DNA of 64,000 bases from Vermamoeba vermiformis. Its lineage: Eukaryota. The DNA lies in assembly GCA_045837725.1 (NCBI GenBank), contig JBEWZL010000066.1, positions 372,001-436,000 of the forward strand, given 5' to 3'. Positions 22,385-33,774 of the stretch are shown here, piece by piece. Each line of letters starts with the position of its first letter. The first letter of the stretch is position 1. The notes below the pieces were generated by a model. The model made no database searches. It saw only the letters and a program-made list of their open reading frames with translations, and was not told the DNA's origin. Position numbers and translations under genes: made by a program.

Positions 22385-24957
22385 ATGGAGAAGAACAACG
22401 AAAGAAGCACGAGAATATCGGTTGATGCCTCAACGGCGCACTGGAAATGGAGACAAATTCCTCAGTCGTCAAACAGTCCTTCTCCTCGGCACTTGCACTC
22501 GTTAGTGCATCATAATAATAATCTATATTTATTTGGAGGATTTGGCGATGGGGAGAAGCATTTTGATGACTTTTGGCAATATTCGTTAGGTAAAAATTAA
22601 TTTAATTTTAAAATTAGCGGGTTAACTGAAAAAAGTAACGCTTTTGTAAATAAGCGCAATTGATCGAATTATTTAATTAAATATGCTAATAGTTAAACGA
22701 CGTTGGAAGAAAATAAAATCAAAAGTTCGTCCCTCGCCTCGTCATTCTCACCAAGCGGTGGTATGGAAGGTATCCGTGTTTTATTTTCTTTATTATTGCA
22801 ATGCAAGCTTAAGTTTTTTGTACTCAACTAGGACAGAATGATTTTGTTTGGCGGGATCTCGGCAGGCCAAACGATGAACGACTTGTGGTCCTTCGATTTT
22901 GGTAAATAAGTTATATCTTATCGTAAAATCGTAATTAATATGACGTTAGCTACTGAAAGCTGGAAGCAAGAACGAATACTACACGGAGTTTGGGGTCATT
23001 CAATGGTCGTGTTCGCTGATAAAATTGTCATATTTGGTGGTGCGGACGAGAATGCCAAAGTAACGAACAAATTGGCTGTATTGGACGCAAGTACGTTGCA
23101 AACCACTTAAGTCAAATTTACGCCTTGTCATGTAATTTTAAATGCCGGGCCTAAAATTCTTCTTTACAGATACGCTCGAAGCCGTTGAAGTTGACATCAA
23201 CAATGTGCCTCCGGCAAGACAATACGCATCAATGGTGGCTGAAGACAACGCGGTCTATTTGTTTGGAGGACTCAGCAACAACAAGTCTTTAAACGACTTC
23301 TACAAGATGACAATCACCGAGACCAATCAAATCATTACTGAATCAATTGACGTGCCGTCTTTCGTACCAGAACTGCGTGGAGCATCGTTATCAGTGCTTC
23401 CTTATCAATCTCAACTCATCTTGTTTGGTGGTCGAACAAACGAAACAATGAGTGATTACACTTATTCGTTCGCTCTCGGTAAGTTAAACATCGAATTATA
23501 GAGCACAATAGGATGATTGTTATCACTTTGTATGATTATTAGTCTTATACCTACCGTGTTTTAGGATCGTCAAAGTGGCGTGTGTGCTCGTCTATTGGAC
23601 CATCGCCACGGTACTATCATCAAACTTGCACGGCTAACAGACGAGTTATTTTGTTCGGAGGTCTCGGTCTGAGTGATGGAAAAGAAAAAGCGATCAATCT
23701 AAATGACATGTGGTGGTTCACAGGTCCGTCAAAGTCACGTGGTCGAAATGTTAGCTAAACTAATATTTTTTCTTTAAACTACAGATGAAGTTGTACAAGA
23801 CAGTCCTGAAGAAAATGTCAATGACAAATTCAACTACTCTCCTATTCCTACCGAGATATGGGGCTTGATTTTGAGCTTCGTGGACTCGGGCAATAATGTC
23901 GCAGGAGCATGTGTCGTCTCAAAGCAATTCTATAATATTATTAAGTAAGACTGATCGTAGTAATATATATATTAAGGCAATGATTTTAATAGATCATGTT
24001 TAGGGCTAATGAAGGTCTTCAAAAGAAGCTGCGAAGTTACAAATCAAGTCTTCACGTTAATCTGCCACCGATTTCCTACCACAAATCTGGCAGTAATAAA
24101 ACTGCCTTAATCAAGTTTGTACGTAACTCTACTATTAGTTTAAGAAAGTACTAACAAATACAGGTTGTTACTGGCTTAGGCGGATCTGGAAAGTCAGCTT
24201 CAGTCATTCAGTTCATCCAAAATCATTTCGTTGAAGAATATGGTAAGATCATAGTAAAGCCTTGAACCGGACTCCTTTGGCATTAATATCTTTTGTCAGA
24301 TCCAACCATTGAAGACTCTTATCGAAAACAGTACATTCTTGACGGTACAATTTATTTGCTTGAAATTTTGGACACAGCTGGGCCTGAAGAATACGTAAGA
24401 ATTGATTATTGGAAATGCTAAAAGCTGGATCTGGAACTTATTAACGCTTTTGCTGTCAGGCAACGCTGTTGGAAACATGGTACAGCATGGCGCACGGCAT
24501 TTACGCGGTGTATTCGATCACGCACAAACAATCTTTTGACGACCTTGATTTTTATGTGAATATCGCGAAACGTGCCAAAAAAGGCAAAAACTTTCCGCTG
24601 ATCATTGTTGGGTACGTACTGTCGATCACGTGATTTTCGTTATTAATGCTTCGGTCCACAGAAACAAGTATGATTTGGAATCAGACCGGCAAGTGACACA
24701 AGAAGAAGGTCAAGAATTTGCTAAAAAATACGATGCAATGTGGATCGAGACGAGGTAAGTCGATTGGTCACGCGAATTTTTTTTTGAAATTTCCTGTTAA
24801 TTAATTTTTTGATCTTTTATCGTTCAGTGCCAAAACAAGACATAATATCGAAGAGGCATTTGTGATGCTAACCAAAGCCGTCGTTGAAGCAGATAATGCC
24901 CGAAAAAAAACCACCGGTAATCGCTCCAAGAAAGAAAGACGTTGTAGTTTAATGTAA
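22385..24957 (+). CDS. Kelch (x6) - F-box - Ras GTPase - CaaX fusion protein
   Basis: Six repeats ending LFGG/IFGG; F-box [14 protein letters not shown]…[11 protein letters not shown] (23840-23944); Ras motifs [41 protein letters not shown]-terminus KKERRCSLM. The junctions from the last Kelch repeat through the F-box to the Ras stop are in phase with canonical GT-AG introns. Confidence 0.9.
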
Positions 24958-25253
24958 TAATGCTGCTAATAAATTGACTTATTATAATTAGGAATTTACG
25001 CGAATTTACGAACGTTCTTATTATATTCTAAGTGTCAAAAACATTACACGGCATCCGTTTCTAGAATTCTTGGATTTGATTTCGTTCTACCTAAAGACCT
25101 TACTGATGACCTTTCTTCCTTCTTATTAATATATAGAATTCGGATTTGGTACTAAGTCATATCCCAGCGCACAACATGTCTTAATGACGTTGAATTCAAA
25201 AATCAAAATTTTCATGTTTTTAAGTTAACAAGCAGCAACACAAATACAACAAA

Positions 25254-25703
25254 ATGATATTAAACGATGACGATTATCAAGGTTTCATAGGAAGAATCAA
25301 AAAGAAGATAATGATAGGGTTGTATTTGTCTATGTGCTTCGTGGGAGTTATAGTTTCACCTTTTGCGGCCTTACTCAACTTTAGAAGCGTTATAGACAAT
25401 GTAATAATTATTAATAGAATACAAATCGATCAAAAACAAGAAAGAGTTGTTGCTGGAACGCGAAAGGTTCGTGACAAATCTAGATCTCTACGCCTCAAAG
25501 TTCAATTAATCGAAGAACCGATCTACAAAATTAGACAAATTACTACATATAGAATAGAAGCGAGATTAAATACTGCGGCTATGAATAACCCTCAAGTGTC
25601 CGGATTTAAAAAATTGGTAGCTAGAATTTACGTTTTATTTAAAAACGGCAGAACTGAAACACATATCTATGAAAGAAGAGAAGATAATTATGTTGTAGAA
25701 TAA
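25254..25703 (+). CDS. Hypothetical 149-aa intronless protein with one N-terminal hydrophobic segment
   Basis: Open 450-nt ORF in AT-rich DNA, with an A-rich leader (caaatacaacaaaATG) and tandem stops. No family recognised. Confidence 0.5.
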   Translation: MILNDDDYQGFIGRIKKKIMIGLYLSMCFVGVIVSPFAALLNFRSVIDNVIIINRIQIDQKQERVVAGTRKVRDKSRSLRLKVQLIEEPIYKIRQITTYRIEARLNTAAMNNPQVSGFKKLVARIYVLFKNGRTETHIYERREDNYVVE

Positions 25704-25772
25704 TAATAATAATGTTTATATAAAAATGCGCAAGATTTACAAAGAAAAAAACGGATTCGTTACAAAGCGGAT

Positions 25773-28700
25773 TTAGTATAGTTCAGCCATCATGCAACGA
25801 ATGCTGCCACCACCGATCTCTTCAATAGTAGGAATATCGCAGTGCACAAGCTTATCTACATGTTCTAGCATCTCTTTCTTTTGCTCCTCGGTGAAAGCAT
25901 TGTATGCGGATCCAGACATGACCAGCAATTTTCTGTCGTCGCTGCCTTTGACTTCCAAAACATTGCCGCAGAAATGGGCCATTTGTTCGTGCGTGATTGA
26001 AATGACTTTATGATGCTAAATAGGGATTATAAGTAAGCTTTTATAAATTTTTGGATCGGAATCCAATTTTGTTTTTACCTTTTCGAGGCTCTCACGGACC
26101 ATCTTAGCCTCATCAGGGTCATATATAGCATCGAAAGTTGCAGATTGCAATCGAAGTACCCACAGCCATTAAGACATTGGTGTGGTAGATCGGTCGTTTT
26201 TCATCGTCACGTGCTTTAAATGCCACCAGGGAGTATCCCAAGCTAAAATATTTAAATTAATAAGAATTTCCTTTTTAGGAAATAAATTACCATTTCGCCC
26301 AGTTCTCTGCGACCTTGTAATTTGCACGTTGTGAAAGAGCGCAATAGGCGACTTTGTGGATGCGATCGATGACTAACGCGCCAGTGCCTTCCAAGTACAT
26401 GCCAAATGGCACGTGTTCGTAGTGCGTGAACGACAAGAACTTGTCGTGCATTGTCAGTAATAACGAGACAATACTAAATAAGGAAAAAAGATTAGCTTAA
26501 ACTTTGCAACAATTTTTTTTCATGAATCAAATTCTCTTACTGTTCGCGACGTTCAGCACGCCTAGCTTCAGCCTTCATAGGATACAATACTAGCGTCGAT
26601 TCTAAGAAAAAAAGTTAAGAATATTACCTTTTAAGGCAAGCTAAAAATAGATCTACCTCCGCCAGTCTCAGCAGGTGCGTGCGATGAGAACCAATTGTTC
26701 GGGAAACACGAGTCAGGCGCGTTGTAAAATCGTTCGTTGCTCGCGACCACGAGTTTCACGCCTTCGCTGGTCAAAGTACGATGGAACGCAGAAAACTCGA
26801 GCAGGGCCATTTGTTCGACGTCTTTGAAGGACCTTGCGGAGGCTTTCATGAAATAATTGTCCTGAAGCGTTTGCAAATTTGAACAGAAGCCGATAGGAGC
26901 AACGATTAGGATCGTGTTTGAGGTCTGTGTCTTGACCGTTTTGTCGCTTATTTGGTGCCAGTATCTGACGATCGGCGTGTGGCTCACGGCTGCGGCAGCA
27001 GTCACGTGATTTTGACCGTTCCATTTGCGCAAGACCTATCGAGATACATCAGTTAGGAGGACGATCAAGTTTGACATTTTTGACATGTTGACACGTACCA
27101 AGAAAGTTTGGTTCAGTGAAGCGTTGTAGTTGAAGTAAGTGTTCATTGAAAAGATTTGCTTTTTCACGTGACTAGCGCCAATTTCTTCGTGCAAAGATTT
27201 GCTGCCCAAGACCAAACCTAAAAATGTCAAGTTAAATGTCAGCCGTGAAAAATTTGACTTTGACACGTGTCATCCTGTCACAAAAGGTACCTTTGTCAGA
27301 AAGATTGAAGATGGTTTGACCACCAAAAAGTCGTTCAGGCACCACGACGACATTGTAGCCCTCGTTCTCTAAATACTCGGACAACTCCACGTCCAGCTTG
27401 GACAACTTGAACTCGCCGTTGAAGAAGACATATTCGTTGACTAATCTACGACGCAAATTATCGCGGCCGTGAATAGTATCGACCATCAACATGGTCTTCT
27501 CATCCACGAGCGCCAGTACATCGGTCTGTCCAAATATGGTAATTAGTCACCCGTAGAAACTTCTGCACAAAAGCACTCCTCGCACGAATTTTTTTTTTCG
27601 CTATTTTTGGATCTGGACTTACGAGATGAGCACGTGCTTCTTCTCTGTCGAAAATATCACGAACGAGTGCCACTCTAGTAGTGCCGAACAAATTGTTCTT
27701 GTCGGGCTTTTCAATGCGCGGACTGAACTGTTTGATAATGTCGCGGATGCACTCTTCGGTAGTGACCTCACCGCTCTAAATACGAATAATAGTCAACATA
27801 CTAGTGCTACTTATGTATATTAAATTGACTTACGCCGATAAAGTACAAAGATTGACCGGCCGGAATGACATCCGCTTGACTGATCAAAAGAGGTTCGGAA
27901 GGCCGGAAAATGATCTAAATATAGCAACAATGAGTTACATGGTTCAATTAAGATTCTGAGAATATAATATGAGGAAATTTACCGGGTAATTAAGCTTGCT
28001 GAAAATGAACTCTAAGAGTTTCATTTCGTGGGATCCGTTGTCAAGCAAAATGACGCCAGCAGGAGTGATTATGAATCCAGTGCCAAATAAGTCAAGAATA
28101 GGCTCACTACGGCAATATTACCAAATTAGGAACGATTCAGACCCGAATTTAAAAACGGATTTAAAAATCCGGATGTGGATCTTACACGTCGTAGCCAGTG
28201 GCGACTAACTGATTAGCGACAGGGTCCATCTTGCACTTGTATGTCACTTTGTTCATAATAACGGTTTTAATGTCGGACAATCGCTCAATAGTTTTGTCTT
28301 TCAGATCGTCCATCATTTGCGCATTCAAGACGAGCGTCTGTTTGCTGTCATTGATGATTTGCACATTAATGAAATCATGCGCTAACTCTTTGAGCTCGGT
28401 AAGCTCGATAGTATCCTAGTTATTATATTAGTATCTGTTGTGATGTCTTGGCAAAAAAGTGTTGCAGATCGCGATCCCGACAATAGATGCGAAAAGTTAA
28501 AAATTTAGTCTTTCATAATATTACTATGATCATCTTATATACGTACTAATAATTGAGACAAGGATTGAGTCTTAATATTCAATCCTTTTTGAGATAAAGT
28601 TCTGACGAGTGCCTGTCCATCCTCTCGAATGTTTTCGACGTCAAAAATTCCAGGAGACAGCAACCCAGCAGCTGGATCATGATACTATTCAAAATAACAT

Positions 28701-29010
28701 ATAAGGTTAGGATACTGAAATGCGGCCATCGTAAACTTAAAAATATTTCAAAAAATTATGATAAATACAATAAAAAATCAGGCCTTAACAGAAGTGCTCT
28801 GAAATCACTATATTTAGTGACTATATTGATATCTTTCTATTATAAAAATATAACTACGACAATAAATTGCAGGCTATGAAAAAAAATTTCCGGATCCGCA
28901 ATGGCATACCAGGACTCGCTCCACAGGATCGTTTTCGCAATACCAAGTAGTAGTCATTTAATGCAATAGGTGTGGTGCTTCGTTGCAATAAATAGTTTTT
29001 GGAAGAGGTG
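25773..29010 (-). CDS. Degenerate arginine deiminase-like domain fused to a CtlX-like amidinotransferase/amidinohydrolase domain; 5' end uncertain
   Basis: The N-half resembles eukaryotic ADI (LFGTTRVALVRDIFDREEARAHL, RRRLVNEYV, EYLENEGYNVV). The C-half has FPNNW, YPMKAEARRAERRE, LEGTGALVIDR, IYHTNVLM and GGGSIRCMMAEL. The halves join in phase across intron 27036-27098. One apparent +1 frameshift at ~26135. Confidence 0.8.
27244..27272. promoter_or_regulatory. Intronic palindromic motif TGACACGTGTCA with adjacent CGTGAAAAA
   Basis: Exact 12-mer at 27261-27272 in an intron of the ADI-like gene. Function unknown. Confidence 0.5.
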
Positions 29011-29198
29011 CTAAAGCAAATCAAAATAAAAAGTACCACGCGAAATTTAACATGGATCTTCTTCGGTTTTGAATAATTAAACTAAGCAAGGCACAATATA
29101 TATATTATTACGTGTAATACAGTATAACCAACTGATTTCATAGTATGACTGCGCAGAAGAAGCCTTAAATAAGTTTATTTGTTGATCGCAGTTGGATT

Positions 29199-29806
29199 TC
29201 AACAATTTCGTTGTTCAATCACTTGAGTCAAATTAAATACAGCACTAAATTCAGTAATTTGATAAAATTCGTTAAATACGAACCAATTAACGACGAAATA
29301 ATTCAGTGGGCATTGTTTATCTTTTGTAATGCCTTTGATGACCTTTCCGAATGCAACTGTGTTGCCAGAGGCATTAATTTCGGTGGTAATAAACTCGTCT
29401 AATGTAAGCATGCCTTAAAATAAAATATTAGAATTAATTAATAACGAGATCCAGCTCTCACCGTTAAAGAATTTTTTCCAATTGGCTTCAATTTGAGATC
29501 TACCCTTCGTAACAGTACCAACAGGAATATTAGTGATACCATCTTCTGTAAATAAGCTTGCTGCACCCTTGGAAAACGTCAAAAACAATTCAACATCCGT
29601 AGAAAATTATTAGTAATTTACCGTTGCGTTCATTTTAATTTGCAAATCCTGGAATAGGAGTGCTTGATTAATCATCACATCTTGGTCCAAGTCTTGCGCT
29701 GATACACTTTAAAAAAAAAGGATCGTCAGATCAGAACGCTTCGTTCTTTCCGTTGTTTGACTTACTAAATCGCCGCCAACAGTAAAAAGAATAATATGAA
29801 CTTCAT
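29199..29806 (-). CDS. Small secreted SnoaL/NTF2-like fold protein
   Basis: Signal peptide MKFILFFLLLAAI, then GAASLFTEDGITNIPVGTVTKGRSQIEANW…ASGNTVAF…FVFNEFYQITEF, a pattern typical of SnoaL-like domains. Four exons. Confidence 0.65.
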
Positions 29807-29901
29807 TTGCTCTTGTACCGCCTCGAATAATATCTTTTCGCAATTGTCGGCTATGAAAAAAGTTTTGACCGCCAAAAAAATCAACTCGTTATTTGAACAC
29901 A

Positions 29902-31522
29902 ATGGATGCACTTAATGAAGGATTGCTGGCTTCTTTGCCATCCGAATTATTAAGACTTATATTGAATTATTCTGACGCCTATGATATCGTTAAGTAAGTC
30001 TGTAATGTCAATAAATACTCATCTGATCCGTTTTCACAACAGAAATTCGTTAAAATTATTCAAAAATATGTTTACGTATGTAATATCGATACCCTATTAA
30101 CCCACATATTATGGCCTAGTTTATCGATGACAACCAAAATATTTGTGTCGCAGATCTGGCAATTAGTCCCAAAGTTCTACTTACCATACACCTCAAGCTC
30201 GAAAATAGGCTTACTATTTAATAAGCCATTTATCGCCCTAGAAGATTTCGAAATTCATTATAAAGAGCACCTCAACCGTCCAGTTTCTTTTGATTGTTTC
30301 AACGGATGCAAAAGTTTGACCCGGATGTGGGTCTCAAACAAACTCCCCGTTGAACACCCTATCAAATTGATATCAAATATTACAACATTGCGAGAATTAA
30401 CGTTAGAAAATCTCAACGTATTTGGAGACACTTTAGATTTTTCAAAGCATCTGACACAACACACTCGATTGACTTCTTTAGCCGTACAATCTGATACTAT
30501 CCTACATAGTAAGTACATATAATATATAATCCATTATATTCGGCCTCAAATCTTCGAAGGGTTGAGATCTAGATCGTATTTTTTCACCCGGATCGGTGGA
30601 TCCGCTCATTTTTAACTTATCTTATTCTAATAATAGAATATTCTAATAATTATAATAGTTGAAAACACATCATATATGACGCGTTTAAGATCGTTGTCGC
30701 TTAATATTTCACAGCTGCAAACAATGCCTGACAAAGTTTTGGCACCTTTGACCAACCTGACGTACCTCAAGGTAAACTTATTTAAACTTTTAATATTAAC
30801 TAATACTTATATATAATTAGATGTATAGTATGTTTTCGTCTACATTCTTCGCAGCCCTAACAAACTTGCGTGACTTGATCTGGTTGGATGTACCTCAAAC
30901 TATTCCAGATTGCTACTCGAGCGATCCAATGCAATTGGCTCATTTTAAGTCCTATATACTAAATAAGGAAAATCGCAATATCGAAACAGAAGATTACGAC
31001 AGTATCTCAAGATTGACAAATTTGCGAAGTTTCTCGACCATAATGCCCTTCGATATTAGTGCATTGCCAAATTTGGAAAAACTCGAGATCGGAAGCGATC
31101 TATTTAAAGAATTACTTCCAATGTCAAAAGTCGTGGATCTGACAGTTCATGACACGTTCATAACGCCAGATGCGTCAAACATATTCAACTTGACACAATT
31201 AACTAGACTGGCTATTATACGCCCTATTTGGCACGATACCAATGCAAGTCAATTTTTCAGCGAAATTTCAAAGTTATCAAATTTAGTCCAATTCGAGTAC
31301 GACGGCGAAGTGTCATCAGCGGATCTGATCCAAAATTTGCAAGGCATTACAACGCTACAGAAACTAACTGTTCCTATTGAACACGTCATTAATAGTGACT
31401 CTATGACCATATTAACTCAACTACGCACGGTCAATTTGATTTCAGAGTCGCGTAAGAAATTCAACGGATGTGCCCAGAAACATTGGCCGTTTGACTTTGT
31501 ATTCGTGTTGCGACAAATATAA
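29902..31522 (+). CDS. F-box + leucine-rich repeat protein
   Basis: Exon 1 MDALNEGLLASLPSELLRLILNYSDAYDIV (F-box); LTNLxxL repeats in later exons. Confidence 0.8.
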
Positions 31523-31681
31523 GTCCAATGCATTAAAGCTCTTTATAACATTCTTGTACCCATTGACTTAAAAATTTTGCAGTAGTAGCGTACTACCTAT
31601 ATTTTAAATAATTTTAATAAAGGTTCTAAACTTGTTTAAAAAAATAGGGAATCCTTGGTTACGAGGAAAAAATTCAATACT

Positions 31682-33189
31682 TTATAATTTAGGCGTTCTA
31701 ATGTGACTAGTTAACAATTTAGCTACGACATCAGCCACCTCGCGAGATCCATTCGGATACTTTTCGTCGTCCACAGCAGATCCCGAATTATTATCTCGGT
31801 CATATATAGCTCTCTTATATCCTTTTTCTTCGCTTTGTTTCTTAAATGCTACGCCTTCAGGACTATGACGAGCAATGCCGTCAAAAAGAACCGCTAAAGT
31901 CTGACAGGAAAAAATGGGGTTAACCAGGTATTTCCTTTTTAGGAAATTTTCAGTGAACGTACTTGCGCAGTTGACAATCCCATGTTCTCGTATGCAGAAT
32001 TGATCATTAACTTCTGCATCATCAGTTGATTTTTCGGTACACTTGCCATGCGTTCGGCCAACTTTTGAACCGTTTGATCGAGTTCGCCTAATTAGGAAAT
32101 CAACAAAGATACGCCAAATAATAACTAGCCAGCGGCTACTATAATTTGGTATAATATGGGTAGTATTGATGATATTAGAAGCGTAAATTATGGTGTCAAA
32201 GTGACAGCTTGACACGTGTCAAAAACAGTGACACTTACTGGCAGGCACAGCGTACGACACGAGGCCCATTTGCAGCGCTGTTTTTCCGTCGATCAAATCA
32301 CCGGTCAACAACATTCTTTTGGCTCGTTCAGCACCGAGCTTGAAGACCCACATGCCTGTTGTCGGACAGCCCCAGACTCGTGCTGGCGGGTACCTACAAA
32401 AGTCAGTTGTTAATTAAACTAATATTTCCTTTTTAGGCAATTACTTGGATCGGTAATTTAGCGCCAAAAATGTCACTGGTTTCGTATGAGATCTCACCCT
32501 ATTTTTGCATCTTCTTGCATAACAAGGACGTCGCAGCATAGAGCGATATCAGAACCTCTTATAATATTAATTGTAAGTCATTTAGTATAATTTTGGAGTT
32601 TTTAAGAGTAAATTCGTGAGCGGATCTGACCTGCAACAGCGAAGCCTTGAATTTTACAAATGACTGGCTTCAAACTATGCCACAAGCTAGTAAAACACTT
32701 GGTGAATGTGCCCATCATTTGATAATCGACTAATGGGTCCCACGGCATGTCCTGTGTGCCTGAAGAAGGTCCCTAAAGAAAATTGAAATGTCAAATCTAA
32801 CTTGCCGAACGATTTTGTCGTGGTTACCTTCGTTTCTGCGAATAATTTTAGATCATAGCCCGCACAAAATGCTTTGCCGGCGCCAGACAGGATAATTACC
32901 TGAGATAATAATAAAATCAATTCAATTATTTCGTGATCTCGCCTTAAATTAATTCAATCGGACCATTTATGAGCATTTCTATTCACAATTATGGATATAT
33001 ATCATAATGAATTATTTTTGAAGCTAAACTTACGTGGATATTAGTGTCGGCATTCGCCTTTTCAACAAAATCCCGAATCAAGAAAGGAGTATCAAAAGTA
33101 AAGGCATTTAAGTGCTCGGGCCTATTTAATATGATGTGCGCGATCTTTCCTTCAGTTTTGTAAAGCACTGGTTGCTCTGGTTGCGACAT
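31682..33189 (-). CDS. Enoyl-CoA hydratase/isomerase (crotonase) family protein
   Basis: IAHIILNRPEHLNAF, VIILSGAGKAFCAGYDL, KPVICKIQGFAVAGGSDIALCCD, GYPPARVWGCPTTGMW, AKRMLLTGD, FDGIARHSPEG. Multi-exon. Confidence 0.92.
32209..32222. promoter_or_regulatory. Intronic palindromic motif TTGACACGTGTCAA
   Basis: Perfect 14-bp palindrome in a crotonase intron, flanked by extra TGAC/GTCA half-sites. Confidence 0.5.
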
Positions 33190-33774
33190 TTTGTTTCGAC
33201 AAAAATGAAAATCTTCGTAACCTCAAAAGGCGATTGAATTGAGCAGCTTGAGCAACGCTTATCAACAAATGAAAGTGCTTGGATAATATGTTGATCCATA
33301 ATAAGCACTTTTATTTAATGTGGAGAATAACACAGGATTAATCCGGATCTTGGCGCAGCGAGGATGATTTAAACGCTTAAATTATGGTAATACGCGTTAA
33401 AATAATACGGTATGTATTTATATAAAAGTGATTCCGCCATTTCCCGGGCATATTTCGCTCATTTTCAAACTTTAACAAAAATTTTGTGATCTGCTGGCCT
33501 TATTTGCGAGAGGTAACGGCGTCAATATATATCCATATAAATTTATCATTACTTTATTGTGTTTAATGGAATTATAATAACATATCGAAGGCCCCACGCA
33601 AATAAAATTTTTAGCCAATCTGGCACGTGCTTGGAAATTCGACAGATAACCAACAAATAACGCTACGGGAATAACAATTAATTTATTAGCTTTACGAGCA
33701 CCATATGAGCCGTATTTGATACTCATTTAGCTCGACCAATACAAATCCGTTACAACAAGAACGATCCGTTATCA

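Noticed and set aside
27036-27038. In-frame TAG between the ADI-like and CtlX-like ORFs suggesting readthrough or a reassigned code
   Set aside because: It is the 3' splice site of intron 27036-27098 (gtacgt…ctaac…tag). TAA, TAG and TGA all serve as real stops elsewhere in the window.
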